Assembly: GCA_047495785.1 (NCBI GenBank)
Contig: JBLDXI010000085.1
Coordinates: 1 to 64,000 of the forward strand
Source: Lepidodermella squamata
Taxonomy: Eukaryota; Animalia; Gastrotricha
DNA length: 64,000 nucleotides
Direction of reading: 5' to 3'
The notes beneath the pieces are model-generated. The model was not told where the DNA came from. It ran no database searches and worked only from the letters and a program-made list of their open reading frames with translations. Position 1 is the stretch's first letter; every line of letters begins with the position of its first letter. Positions 23,601 through 37,222 of this stretch are shown piece after piece. The position numbers were made by a program, and so were the translations under genes.

Positions 23601-26600
23601 AATATACGCTAATATATCATCATCTTCACCTGGAATCTGGAATTACACAATTTTGAATATCAATCGCGTTTACGCTAAAATAATATGATAAACGCTCGAT
23701 ATTAACGCAATTTAGATATTCATAAATAAGGGCTGATTTGGCCTGGTTTTCATTCATTCCGTATGTATTTGACGATTACCTATGAGTAATTTAAGCAGCG
23801 TAAAGCGTAAAATAATTTTGAATGAGGTCGCATGGCGCATGGCGCTTAGGCCATCCTTTAGCACCAATATACGTAACAGGATAAATTAATAATATACCCA
23901 ACCATTGGTTTTATAGCTGTTTTATCAACAACAACACTGTAATTTTCCTATAATACACGCTCAAAGTGGCAAATTGAAGGCGACCCTTATGCATGTTCCG
24001 CGACTGGCATCCCAAGTGATGAAGGCAATTTAGAAGGGTGGATAACATTGTACCAGATGGACAACATTTACCGTCAGTCCAGACAACAAAATGAGAATTT
24101 ATGCCAGCACTGTTTCCTTAATTTTGAGAGGATTTGGAGCGTTTTTGAGTAGAAAATCTTCAAAATTTTCTCGCTTCACTCGCTTTTCAGTTGCATTTTG
24201 GCAAAAACAGCAACACAATTTTTTCCATCCCTGGCAGCTCCGGGATCCAAGATCGCACCTTGTTTACCGTCGTCAATTTTCCTGGAATTTGACCCTTAAA
24301 ACTTTCCGTTTCACCTGGACAATTCCTAGCTTTACCTTTAAATGTTCTGTCAAGATTCCACCTGTTTGATGAGATACAGAGGGGTTATTTTGGGATTCTG
24401 GAGCTTCTGTTTCCAAAAATTCCCAATAGATAATAGATTTGAATTCGGAAAATCAATACCGATGACCTCATACCTTAGGTGACCGGCGATTTTTCTGAAA
24501 TATTCCCCGAAAATGAAAGTCCACTTTAAATCTCCGATTGCGCAACCGAAGCGTTGGTGCCGGACGGAACTAATATGGGCCCGGAATTGAGCTTAATTCT
24601 TAATTTCGGTCCTGCCTAATAATTTCGGTGCATACGGTAGCTCTATGTAGCTCTATAGCCGAAAAAGGCGTGCGATTTTGAACAACGTTTGGGGATATGT
24701 TAGCGATCTTATAGTTGTAAATTATAAATACCTGATGTGACTTGAGCTGTTGAGGATATCCGGTTGTAATCGAGGCTGAACTGCGTGGACGCATTACGAA
24801 AATCGAACACCGGCGCATTGGAGAATGTATACGAAGCGATGTACAGCGATATTGTAAAAGAAGAGCCATCCAAAGCGAGCTTGTTGTTGACAAGACTCGG
24901 ATAACCCTTTGCGGAGTCGAAATTAAGCCCGGAAGAGGCTGAGGTAAAGGGTCCATTTGTGAAAGCTTGGGAAGTCCCAGTGAACGTTCCGTTGACGTCA
25001 TTGCCGCTGATATCACTCAGGCCGTATTTTTCAGTTAACGGTAAGAATGCCACTTCGAATGGCAATCCAAAAGGTGTCTCTGAAATGATCAATAGTTATG
25101 AAATGTCTCATCTCCCTGCGAAGGACGTACGATTTTCGCAGAGCTCAACACTTCGAAAAGGTGGATCGGAAGGAGTAGCAGGTACGGTTTGCGTCTATAT
25201 AGTAAATATCTTAACAACGCGTTGCAAATTTCTCCGATTTTCTGAACTCACCCAGCCGGAGGGACATTCGGTTGGAAGCGGAACACATTTCGCCGTCATG
25301 AGCAACTGATTGGTGCACATTTTGAACTATATTAGAAGGGCTAGAAATTAAGGTCATTATGGATTATGACACATACGCTGAAATCTTGTTGGCAGGAATA
25401 GTAGTTGAAGCCGAAATTTCCATCAGAAAAAACCTTCTGAAAACACAATGTTTGGAAATTGGAGTAAAAATTCGCTACCGAACATACAAAAGGAACTCCT
25501 TCTGGGCACGAGGCTGAATCTTGACACGTTGTTAGCTGCCCATTTACGGCGCACTGATAAGCGTTCTATAAATACAGAGGTGCAATCTTAGAGAACGAAT
25601 CATAGCAGAAAAAGCTGTCTAAATCTGACCCCTGTTTCACAAGTGGCCTTTGTCGTGTAGATTGTGATTCCAGGTGTCTAACAAGCAACATTACAAGTTA
25701 TGACAATCAAACTTAGAAAATGAAACTTGCCGCTGTTCCTTCGCATGAAAGCTGAGCAGGTTGGCAACCCAAGAAAACAGTCTGTCCTTCGTCAAAACAA
25801 CGACGATGCGGGAACATTGAAGAAGGCGCTGTAAAATAGGTAAAATTAAGTTAAAACAACTAATAATAATGATAGGGATGTACCTGATTCGCATTCGCCG
25901 AGATTCGCGTATGTCACGTTGGTTGAATACTGGTTGGTGCTACCAGGCGGGCACGATTCGCTGCCATCAGTTGGGATGCATTTCTTAAAGGCAAAAGTCA
26001 CCGGATCCAGGCATAAAGTTAGCGGTTTCTAGTCAGAGCAAATATTTAATTCATATATATGTCCTTCATTTGACAAGGATACATTTGACAAGGATACAAG
26101 ATTGGCTAGACATTGGCCATAGTTGACGTCGAAACGCTTATCGCTGTTGAATGTGGCAACCTATTGAGAGGAAATGAACCTGGTCGAAATTTCTGAAAAA
26201 GGACCTACCAAGCTCATGGGCGATCTGCATACTTCGCGACAGACTAAAGTTGAGGCTGATTTGCATAGAGTTGCTGGCTGAAATTTCAAGAAATGGTTTT
26301 GAGCGTATTTTTAGAAATGTATCTACCCCAGTCGAGCAATGATCCTTGTCGATGTAGATACCGCCACTAAAGATCTAAAAAACAACAAGCAGCAATAATA
26401 CAGAATTTTTGTTACAAATAATTGAGACCTGTGTCTGTTTCGAATCATCGCAGCCTGGGGTAGCCAATAGACAGCCAGCGAATGAGCGATCCGTTTTGGA
26501 GAAGCAGCGAATGTGAGGCGAATAGTCTGAACTTATTGGAGCTAGAAAAAACATTGCCTTATTATTGCTAAATAGATGGAATAGATCTTGACTAACCGGC

Positions 26601-27382
26601 ATATTGATCTAAACACTCCTCCATGGTTCTTGTTGTTGAAATAACCGGCTGAAAAAGAATAATACAATTTAAGTGAAATCTACATGACTGGACAATTTCA
26701 ACGATAAAGCAAATCAAAGAAATCCTCACAATATTTGTCGGACAATCCATATCGAGAGGAACGCACGTCGAGAGGGCGGCTTTACGGCATACCTTAGCCG
26801 GTTTTGACTATCACATTGACGAAAAACTAAGGTCAACATAAATAAGAAGCCAGAAATATCACCATTAATTGACGAATCTCATCGAGGCAGGCTGTGTAGC
26901 GGGGTCTGAAAGTTGAACCAATAAAATCCTTGTGCTTCAATTGGAAAGAATAGTTATCATTTGAATTGAGAAACTCGAGGCTGAAATGTACCGGAATTTC
27001 CGACGCAGAACAATCGACAATTTTAGGGAGACATCTGAGCGTGAACAGCTTGGGGTTGAAGCAGCTGTGAGCCGACTGATAGAGGGAAAAGAACAAGGCG
27101 AATCGGAGATAATTGAGGTGAGTTTTGATTTTCCAAACTCACTCCGCCCTTGCATGACTCGAAATTGGAAGCCGCTGGGCCCAACTGGTCGGAAAAATTG
27201 AAAATTACACTAATTAGTTGAACCTCTAGCAGCTTACTCACCTGAACTTCTTCGAACATTGAACATGCCTGTTTGCAATCGATAAAGTCGTCGTTCCAAC
27301 GCGATATGCATCGCCGATACGTGGCGCAGTCACTGCTGCAAACTGTCACGATAGCAAGCAAGACAGTTTTGAATAAATACAT
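20680..27382 (-). CDS. Family copy 1: secreted protein, signal peptide + 9 four-Cys modules + 2 ConA-like/LamG domains (~20 exons)
   Basis: ATG at 27382 (MYLFKTVLLAIVTVC); chain of small GT-AG exons to ~25140; LamG exons at 24735-25080, 20875-21715 and 20680-20820; exon-by-exon paralogy with copies 2 and 3. Confidence 0.8.
21975..23275 (+). mobile_element. Degraded RLE-type (R2/NeSL-like) non-LTR retrotransposon fragment in an intron of copy 1
   Basis: Frameshifted ORFs with zinc knuckle CRHC..ETL....GNC, RNARHHRI, and restriction-like endonuclease motifs EE...RVDILA...IIDPTVR...EKKRHY. Confidence 0.85.
24079..24262 (+). mobile_element. 5'-truncated copy of the hAT-like MITE
   Basis: CCAGACAACAAAATGAGAATTTAT...AAGATCGCACC matches the 3' two-thirds of 6874-7121. 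Confidence 0.75.
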
Positions 27383-29676
27383 CGCAACTATTTATCAGAA
27401 AAATAAAATAATGCCAAATGAAATGAAATTATCGACCTCCATGAAATTTTTCAACAATTGATTTTAGCAACACGCGCTTGAAAAACTTGTCAATGATTGA
27501 TGCATTCAAGACAAAAATAAATTGCTAAATTAATTGTCCAAGAAGACAATAATCTGAATAAACTAGAAATAAGGCGACAATAATAAAAAAGCCGACAATA
27601 GCCGCTTTTACACGAGAGCGTAAGTATGAAGTGTAATTAATATGTGCGTCATTAATTAAGACAAAGAATTGATTGCGCAATACTCAAACTCGAGTTTTCT
27701 CGCTTTTTAACTTTCAAGGTTTTTTGAAGGTATCAAATATTTTTTATAATTATTTAGAATGATGCAAAAAATTCGGGAAAACTGGTCCCAATGCCTTTTG
27801 ATTGCTTCCTCATCCCTCTGGAAAATAACTTGCCAATAATTGCAGTTATTTCGAAAGAAAAGTGAAAAATACCTACCGTTGATGTAAAAAATTGACAAAA
27901 ATTACTGTTTTTGAGGCCTGTAATCAAATTTTCCATAAACAGGGCATACATCTTGATGCATCCAAAATGAGAAAAATAACAAAGACATTTTTCAAATTAA
28001 GCTGTGAGGTAGGCACGAGAATATTGCTACGGCTCTCAAATTGTAAAACAATAATTAGCTAAATAAAGGGCTAGTTCGGCCGGAAATAATCGATTTTCTC
28101 CGTGGGTTATCCACCTTAATTTGTTCAGCTTGGAACCTCAGACCCAAAAATAATAAATTCAACTGAGCATTCGTCGAAGTCAAAATTGTAACCAAATAAG
28201 AAAAATATTTCAATCAAAATAATTTTTCTCGAGCAGGAAATGGATCTTTTATTTGGTTTAGCTGCCAATTAATGCTAGAAATTCATTTCAAATGCTGAGT
28301 CTAATATCATGAAGCGATAAGAGGAGTCATGATCACTACAGCTGATAATATATTTGATTGATATATTAGACATTTTTTATAATTTTTTGGGTCCAAATTT
28401 AGCGATGCGGCCAAATTAATTATTTTAGTGACAAAAATGACAGAAATCTCTCACCGCCATTATCTTAATATTTATTACCGTCAATACTTACGCAATATTC
28501 CTTCAGCACCTCAATAATTACCTCAAAAACTACAATAACCTTCAAATTGAAACTCGGATTTCCAAAAAATTAAAATTTAATTTGGCATTTTCGTCGCTTG
28601 CGGCGATTGCGCAACATGTAATATTACTGTGTGGACTTAATTACTATGAACAGTCAGAAATACATATGTGCTTGTAGTGTAAAAGCGGCTAATAAATGGA
28701 AACAATTTTAACTGAAAATCCTAATGATCATTGAACCTGATTTAGCGCAGATATGTTCGACATTGTCTCGAATAAGTGGCAAGCAATCAAATTTTCGTCT
28801 ATTACTTTATTATAATTGTCATGTGTTCAAAGCGTCCTCGTTCAACTTTTTCAAGCTTCGAAACAGGATTCATTCACGTAAAGAACGATCAAGCAACAAG
28901 ATGCGAGCGAGTCGGCTGAATAGTTCAAGCTCCCTTATCCAAGGAGAATCTGCGTTATCTCAGGCTATATTTCTCACCAGTTTGGTTTCGCCGGTTTTTT
29001 TTAAGCTAGCCTATAGCCCAAAAGCTCATAGCGGGAGCAAGTCGTAAATTGGCAGAAACGTTCAGCCAATCACCTAGCTCTTTTTTCAGAGTTTCCTAAT
29101 CCGTCTTTCTTCTCGTCAAAGAAGTGCCAAGCCATTTTGGCCAAGGAAATCTTCATTAATTTCTGGGATAAGCCAGGATAAATTGGCTTCTGCAACCCGG
29201 ATCCCGGCATTTTTTCCCCACCGTTTATTGATTTGATAAGTCAATCTGATAATTTAGGGAAGGAACGACAAATAATTTGCTTCTAAACTTTGGTGGCTTG
29301 CGTATCCTATTCTCCTATTCTGCATAACGATTGATTAAAAGGGGCTTCCTTCGACTTAGTTAACAGCTGAGGCGAAAGGCTCAATAAGCAATAATTGCTA
29401 TCGCACCTGAAAGGTGAACAATTAATTTTAGACGCGAAAATGACTTTGTCTTCATTGAAGAAAAAACCAGAAATGCTGTACTTATGTTTAATAATTCATC
29501 TTGAGTTCATCTTGAGCGGTTCTAGCATCGAAGTCGCTAATAAAAAGTAAATGTTCTCATCTTTGGATCGTTAATTAAAATTTACAGTCGAGATATATTC
29601 AATTATTCAATTATCGCAGCAATTCCTTGTCTATCTCTGCTCTCAAAATATTCAGTTCGAGGTGAATCTTCTGGAA

Positions 29677-32600
29677 TCATTTCAGCGCTGGGATCGAGTG
29701 AAAAGCGCAGTTGATCTCGGCAATTCGCTGTTGTTCAAATGTTAGGACGTAATCGTAAACGTTCAGGCATGCAACGCTCCCCATCAACGGTTTAATTGGC
29801 GATGCCCATGAGCTATAGAAACCAGAATAGTAAGATAATATCGAGGGATTAATAGGAGAAAATTACCCAGCCAAGTGAAATGTTCCACTTTCGGTAACAG
29901 GAGTATCTAATGCTGCGATGACAGACCCGTCGCAGGATAAAGCCATTTCACCATCAGCGGAGATCGACATTGCAAGGAAATGCCAATCATAGACGCCTCG
30001 GCACTTGCCCGACGTCTCTGATGACTCGGATGTGACTCGGAAAGAATAAGTTCCTGGTGGATTCGCAAGAAGTCTAAGACCGAGCGCCCCTCCATTCGGG
30101 CCATATTCAAAAAGCGGGCTATTGGCTTGCTTCGCAGGTGTGGCAAGAAACGTGATGGTGTAACTGCTGCTAATGTCAAGTTTGACCTTGGCAGCTGTAA
30201 CAGTGATAGGCAAAGTAGAATTGAAGTAAAACGCCGAATTATCAACGCCGAAAGGTCCAGTAATTCGAGAGAGGCCAGAGTCCATTGTAGCAGCATCAGC
30301 TCTTGGGTTGACGATGTCATTCAGATCGGAGACGAGAGGCCACGTAGCGATGCTTGGCGGTAGTAGGCTGTTCGAAGCGGTTGGCGACCAAATATGGCCG
30401 GCGTGAATTTGTAGACACCTTGTTCGAAGAATCCAATGTTGCTGTATGTTCAGGGCGTGCTTGAAAATCGACAAACACGTCATTCTACCAGAAAACTGTG
30501 ATGGGTAGATGAAGTTTCGACCTAGTGCCATTTCTGTGCTAGTCGCTGGAGGCGTTGCAAGTGGCAACACGACAGATGTTCGTTCGCAAATTGCGGTTAC
30601 TTTCCGCGATTCCTTGTCATAGCTCACTGCAATGTAGACATAAAGGGACGTACGGTTTCTGCGGGGCGCTACGCATGAAAATGATGAAAAGCTTCGCCCT
30701 GTTAGTAAATAAAATTGATAATATTTTCATTTTTTCATATTGCGGACTCTCCGCAAAAAAGGAAGAACAATAGAGTTATACAGGGTGCAGTGTGCGACTT
30801 TCAGGGGGGGATGATCCTATTATTATGGCTATTATTCGAGGCAGGCTATTATTTACCTTTGGACCCAATATTCAAGTGAATTTTCGGGGCAATTATTTTC
30901 GGCATGAGACGTAGGTAGGACGCCGCAGCTTGAACCCCGCCATGCAAACGGGGGTGTCATGCTGGTCTCATGCATGAATATTCAAGAATATTCTTATATT
31001 GTAAAAATTAAAATTTCAGGGTTTAAAAAGAAATGAAAATTGAATAATCCCTGAAATTTTTATAAATTAAAGCGGGGTCAATTTCAAAAAGGAGAAGAAA
31101 TGTTCCGGTACCATAGTTACCAAGCTGGATCCAGGTTCCAGCCTCGGAGAAGATATCGAAGTTTCTGAATAAGCCACGGAAAGGTCTAGGCTGGATTCAG
31201 TTTTCAGGATTTCCTGATTAAAATCTAGGAAACGATTCAATTTTCATTAAAATGCGAAAACTTTATGTATGTTGCGCAACTTGAAGAGAGAACACAGCTT
31301 GAGTAAAAGTGTTAGTTCTCATTTTAGTACAATAATTTTCGTCTTTTTCTACTCGAAATCCGAGCGTAATAAAGCCTCTTTTAAGGCTGACTGGTGTAAA
31401 TTCCGACCCGGTTGTTACATGGCTGGTTCTTATACAAGTTTTGGTCAAAATCACCGGCCTTTGCCATTCTTACCGTAGCTGATGTTACTGGCACTTTTAC
31501 CGACGACTTTCTTGAAAGAATCTAGTGATTTATCGATGGATTCTGGTAATCATTCTTGAACCGAAGTTGGCCTACTTGACAAGTTCCAGTTCACTTTGTT
31601 CCTCTGCTGGGCTTCATTTTTCACCATCTAAATTGATAGAGCGAGCTGGAATGGACATGAACTTGGCCGTGGTCACGTTAAAATTCGATTTATTTAGATT
31701 TTTTATCAATTTACTTACTTGAAATTTTTTGATGGAAAATGTTCTGTAGGCGGGAGCTTCTGCCGGATTTTTCAATTTTACCAGGTCCTATTTTCAATTT
31801 AGAAGGAAATTTATTGAAGTTGGAACTGAAGAAGATTCAAGAATGAGAGGGTTCCTCTCAGTTATTGTCGTGGCAATTGTCCTTGCAAACCCTCGTCTGG
31901 AGTTATTGGATGACAGCCTGCTATTGAATTTACTATCGTCAAGCTTCGACTGGTCAATTTACTTTGTTAAATTACCAGTCTTTTGCCTGGGAAAATTGGC
32001 ATCGTGGGTCCTGAGCGACTACGACCTGAGCGACTACGAACATGGCGTCGTTCTGACTACGTCGAGTTGCGCTCGCGCGGCGGTGCCACCCAGCCGAACG
32101 GCGACGTTGTGGCCATCATTAAGGTGGCTCTTTCAGCGAAGTACCGTGAAGATTTGATTACTTTCAAAAAGCTGGATGATGTGGCAAATCGTATGGGCGG
32201 CGAGTTGAACAAAATCAAAGAAAAATCGATCATTCTCCCGACTTTGTGCCGCCTCAAATACATCTTGGCACGAAGAACCGTGAGATTTTATCGCGAAAAA
32301 TTTGGAGCATCCTCCTTATCACTGCGTTCAAGTCTAAAGCAATTCAAAAAAGACTAATTATTTTCCGTTTTATTTTTGACGATTTTCGTCCGATTTGCTC
32401 AGCTTTACCCTTGTGATAGTGAAAATATTTACGGAAGCAATAAAAATCATGATTTTCTAAAATTGATCTATGGTTTCATCTTTTCAATCGTGGCATTTTT
32501 TTCATCTTTTCACTTGCAAAGTAGCACTTACGGCGTATGAAAGACTCTTTTTTTCTCGAAATTTCATCACAACATCTGGCGCCAAAAGATAATGAGATGA

Positions 32601-35600
32601 TTCATCTCATTATTTTCAAAACGCGACCTTCGACCTCATTATCTCTCATTTCACTTTTTTCTCGTAAAAAGCCCAGCTGCGGCGTCCTAGCTACGTCTCA
32701 TGATTTTCGGGGGTTATTATTCGAGGTTGGATACTATTCGATAAAACACGGTACGGTATGTGTGAATTCTGTGTCAGAGTCACGAGGAGAAAACGGAGGA
32801 CTGTCATAAGCCAAGTTCTTCAAAACTGACCTGTAGTTATTACAGCGGAATCGGATGCTCGATCGAAATAAAGGCTAAACTGCGTGGATGCATTACGAAA
32901 ATCGAAGACTTGTCCTTTGCTGCCATCGACACCAACAAATAGAGATATCGTGAGAGACGATTCGCCAAAAGCCAGCTTGTTGTTGACCAAAGTCGGATAA
33001 CTTATTGAAGAGTCAAAACTAACCGATGAAGAATCTGAGTCGAAAGGCCCTTTCTCGTCGAAATTTAGAGAACTACCAACAACGGTTCCATCGACGCCGT
33101 TACCGCTAACATCGCTAAGTCCATATTGTTTTGTTAGTGGCAAGTAAGCCACTTCTAATGGCAATCCATAAGGCATCTCTGCAACAGGCAACATAACTCA
33201 TGATCTAATATGGGATGGCGCGAAACGTACGAATTTCGCATGCTTGAGCACTTCTGAATGGCGGATCTATGGGCGTGGCAGGTATGGCTTGCGTCTAAAG
33301 TAGAAATGTTTCAAAGTTATATTCGAATATTTTCAAACTGACCCAGCCTGTAGGACAATCGCTTGCAAGTGGAACACATTTTGCTGTCATGAGCAACTGA
33401 TTTGTGCACAACTTGAACTATATTAGAAGAGCTTAAAGTTAGGATCCTCATCGAATATGAAGCCTACGCTGATGTCTTGTTGACAGGAATGGTAGTTGAA
33501 GCCGAAATCTTCGTCATAATAAACCTTCTGAACAGCAATTTTAGAATTAATTAAAAAAATGTAATTATTCCTCGAACAAACCACAGGAACTCCTTCTGGG
33601 CACGAAGCTGAAGCTTGGCATGTATTCGGTTGCCCGGTTGCGGCACATTGGTATACCCTCTTCAAATACAGGGATGAAACAGTCGAATAAAAAATAGACA
33701 AAGCTTACGCCAGTGATGCAGCTACCTCGAGACTCGTATGATACGTTTCCGATCTGTTCGAATACATATGGTTAATTAAATGATTATCAATATTTGCCCA
33801 GATTCACATTAGTCTGGTTAGCGGGACAATTAGCATCATTAGAGCAGCCAGCGAAGGACAGGTCATCGGCATTGTAGCAACGGATAAATTTGTCCGATTC
33901 TGACAATGAGATTATTTTTTACGAAAATCATGCTCGACAGGCTCACTAGTGCAATCAGTGAATGAGTCATGCGTCGGTCCGTTTGGTATTGATACCTGAA
34001 AAACGATAAAAACGTCAATACTGGGATAAATACTGGGATGATGGGAAATTGAGCACTTGGAACTTCCGTGATGTTTAGAGTTCTCAAAATTGGCTAGTAA
34101 ATCGGCCCGCAAACTTGACCGTTATTTATAGCGCTGCGCATTTCCAGAGTCTTTCGATTCAGAAACATTTGCATGAAAATCATACCCTTTACCTACCTAC
34201 TTAGTCATTATGGGGAGGAACGAAAACTCACAGTCTGAACAGGGCAAATAAAGTCGACCGGTATGCATACAGCACGGTCAGCTGTCAAACGATCGAAGCA
34301 AGCAAAATGGCGACCCTGAAAAGATAAGCAAAATGAAATGCTATATTAAAGCTATCTAAGCAAAAATTCCCTACCTGAATTGCGGTTTGGCATGTTTGAA
34401 AGCTGTTGGCAAATAGATTTGTTCCTGTTCCGATGGTTCCAAGCTAGAGTATATATTCAGAATTTCAATGATTTTATCGCGTTGGGCTGAGGTAACTGTT
34501 AGCTCACGTCAAATTTCTGTGCTCCTTCAGGGCAAGAATCCAGGCAACTGCCACCCGTTGTATCATCGTAGCACATACTGACATCCTATATGGAAAACAT
34601 CATTCTTTAGATTTTAGATGAATTTCAACACAAGCTGCCGAATTGCAACCCCTGTTTCACAAGTGGACTTGGTCGGGTAGATTGTCATTCCAGGTGTCTA
34701 TAAAGCAACAGGTGAGCATAAGCTTACTAATAAAAAGGAAACTTACCGCTTTTCCTTCGCATGGAAGCTGGGCAGGTTGGCAGCCCAAAAAAACAGTGTG
34801 CCCTGCGTCGAAACAGCGTCGATGCGGGAACATTGTCTGAGGCGCTGTAAAATGAGTAAGAATCAAGTAAAAAACTAATCATGAATTTTCAATGAACCCG
34901 ATTCGCATTCGCCGAGATTTGCGAAAGTGACGCCGGTTGAATACTGGTTGGTGGTACCAGGCGGGCACGATTCGCTGCCGTCAGTGGGTATGCAGTTGTT
35001 GAAGACGAAAGTCTTTGGGTTCAAGCATAAAGTTTGACGTTTCTACACAGAAAATGAATATAATGTCTCCGGAAATTGGCTATTTCGAGCAATTATACGT
35101 TGTATTTAACAAGATATGCCAGGCATTGGCCATAGTTAACGTCAAATCGCTTATCGCTGTTGAATGTCATCACCTGAAGTGGAGATATTAATGCAACGAG
35201 AATTCTCTTGAAACAAACATACCAAACTCATTGGATCTCTGCATATTCCACGGCAGACTGAAGTCGAACCTGATTTGCATAGAGCTGCTGGCTGGAAAAG
35301 AAATGGTGTTATATAGGTATCAGTGAGCTTTTATAGCGACCTACCCCAGCGGAGCAATGATCCTTGTCGATGTAAATACCGCCGCTGTAGATCTAAATAC
35401 AAGGAGCATCAATAACCAGGGTTGGGGCTGTTTAAACAATCTGTTTATACAGTATGTTTAAACATACTGTTTAAACAGGTCCGAAAAATCTGAAAAACAG
35501 GGTTTATACAGGTCGAACAGTGTTTTTACTACGATCTAACATAAATGGTATATCGTAGTATAAAAATTATAGATCAGGGTTCCCAATCATTTGCTTATGA

Positions 35601-37222
35601 TGTAGCTGATAGTAGATATAAGCTCTGAGCTCTGAAGAAACAATTGAAAATGGCTGAGTAAATGTCATTCAGTCAGCTGATCGATCACCAATAACCGATA
35701 ATCGATAACCGATAATCGGTGTCGAATGCTATAAAGCTGATGTCACCAACTTGTTCAGCGGCAAAAGTTACCCTAGAAAACAAAGTTTCAAGCCTCTATA
35801 TATCATAGTAACGAAGATATCGCGAAATCAGTTTATGCTTCCGGTAGGGTATAATTGGGCGGTTTCGTGCCTTTAAAGTTGAAATGTTCAAAAAAATCGG
35901 CAAAACCGCTTCCTTTGACCTTGCAAACTCCCGTAGAAACCCCGGGGGTAAGTTTTCACGGCGGATCCGAATCCGTTTTCAGAATTTCAGTAGCTGTCAT
36001 ACTTCCGGAAATAATTAAATTTTTTAATTTTTTTTATTACTTTATTGCACCTTCATCATGTTGTCTTCCTGAATGAGAAAATAGTCGAGTAATACATCAA
36101 ACCATGCAGTTTTTCACGCAGAATCACGTGGTGCAACTAGAAATTCAACTAGAGATACGGTTAACGCGATGTAGCTTTGGGCAAAATACCCATTTTACAC
36201 TATCTGTATATATACCTGTTTAAACAGATCCGAAATTTGAAATATCTGTATAAACCCCAACCCCAAAGTTTTTTTTTACAAATAATTGAGACCTGTGTTT
36301 GTTTCGAATCATCGCAGCCTGGGGTAGCCAATAGGCAGCCAGCGAATGAGCGATCGGTTTTCGAAAAGCAGCGAACGTGGGGCAAAAAATCTGAACTTCT
36401 AGGAGCTAGGCACAAAACATTGTTTCATCTACACTGAATGCATAGAAAACTCTTTGACTAACAGGCATGCTGAGCTAGGCACTCTTCCATTGTGATCGTT
36501 GGCGTAATGAACAGCTGAAAAAGAGTAATAAAATTGCGAAGTATTTAAACGGTGAACAAATCCGAGAAATCCTCACGAAATTTGCTGGGCAGTCCATTCC
36601 ATTAGGAACGCACATCGAAGTGGAGTCTTTCCAACAAAAGTTCGCCGGTTTCAACTGTCAAATTCATAAAAAGGAGAGTAAAAATAGAATAGAGGATAAA
36701 TTTGTCACCATAAATTGACGAATCTCAAGGAGGCAGGCAGTGTAACGAGGTCTGAAAGTTGTACCGATATAATCCTTGTGCTAAGATAAGAAAGAATACT
36801 AATTATTTAAATTCAGAAACTATAGAGGCCAAAATTTACTGGAATTTCCGCCGCAGAACAAGGAGTAATTTTGGGAAGACATCTGAGCGTGAACAGCTTG
36901 GGGTTAAAGCAGCTGTGTGCCGACTGATAACAGAAAATAGTTAATTGAAGTTAATGGAGTTAATTAGGTTTTTCCGAACTCACTTCGCCCTTGCATGACT
37001 CGGAATCGGGAAGGGCTGGGCCCAACTGGGCAAGAAATAGAAAATTACGCTAATTGGTTGATGTTAGCAGCTGACCCTCACCTGAACTTCTTCGAAGTAC
37101 GAGCATGTTTCTTTACAACTGATGAAGTCATCGTTCCACCGCGATATGCATCGCCGATACGTGGCGCAGTCGCCGCAGCAAATTGCAACGATAGCAAGCA
37201 AGATAGTTTTCAATAAATACAT
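29677..37222 (-). CDS. Family copy 2: signal peptide + 12 four-Cys modules + 2 LamG domains
   Basis: ATG at 37222 (MYLLKTILLAIVAIC); exons collinear with copy 1 plus six extra exons at 33708-34585; LamG exons at 32830-33180, 29865-30698 and 29677-29815 ending SIPALK*. Confidence 0.8.
35417..36265. mobile_element. Non-autonomous DNA transposon in an intron of copy 2
   Basis: Ends CAGGGTTGGGG / CCCCAACCCC; subterminal TGTTTAAACA and TGTATA repeats; absent from the matching short intron of copy 1 (~26375-26427). Confidence 0.7.
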
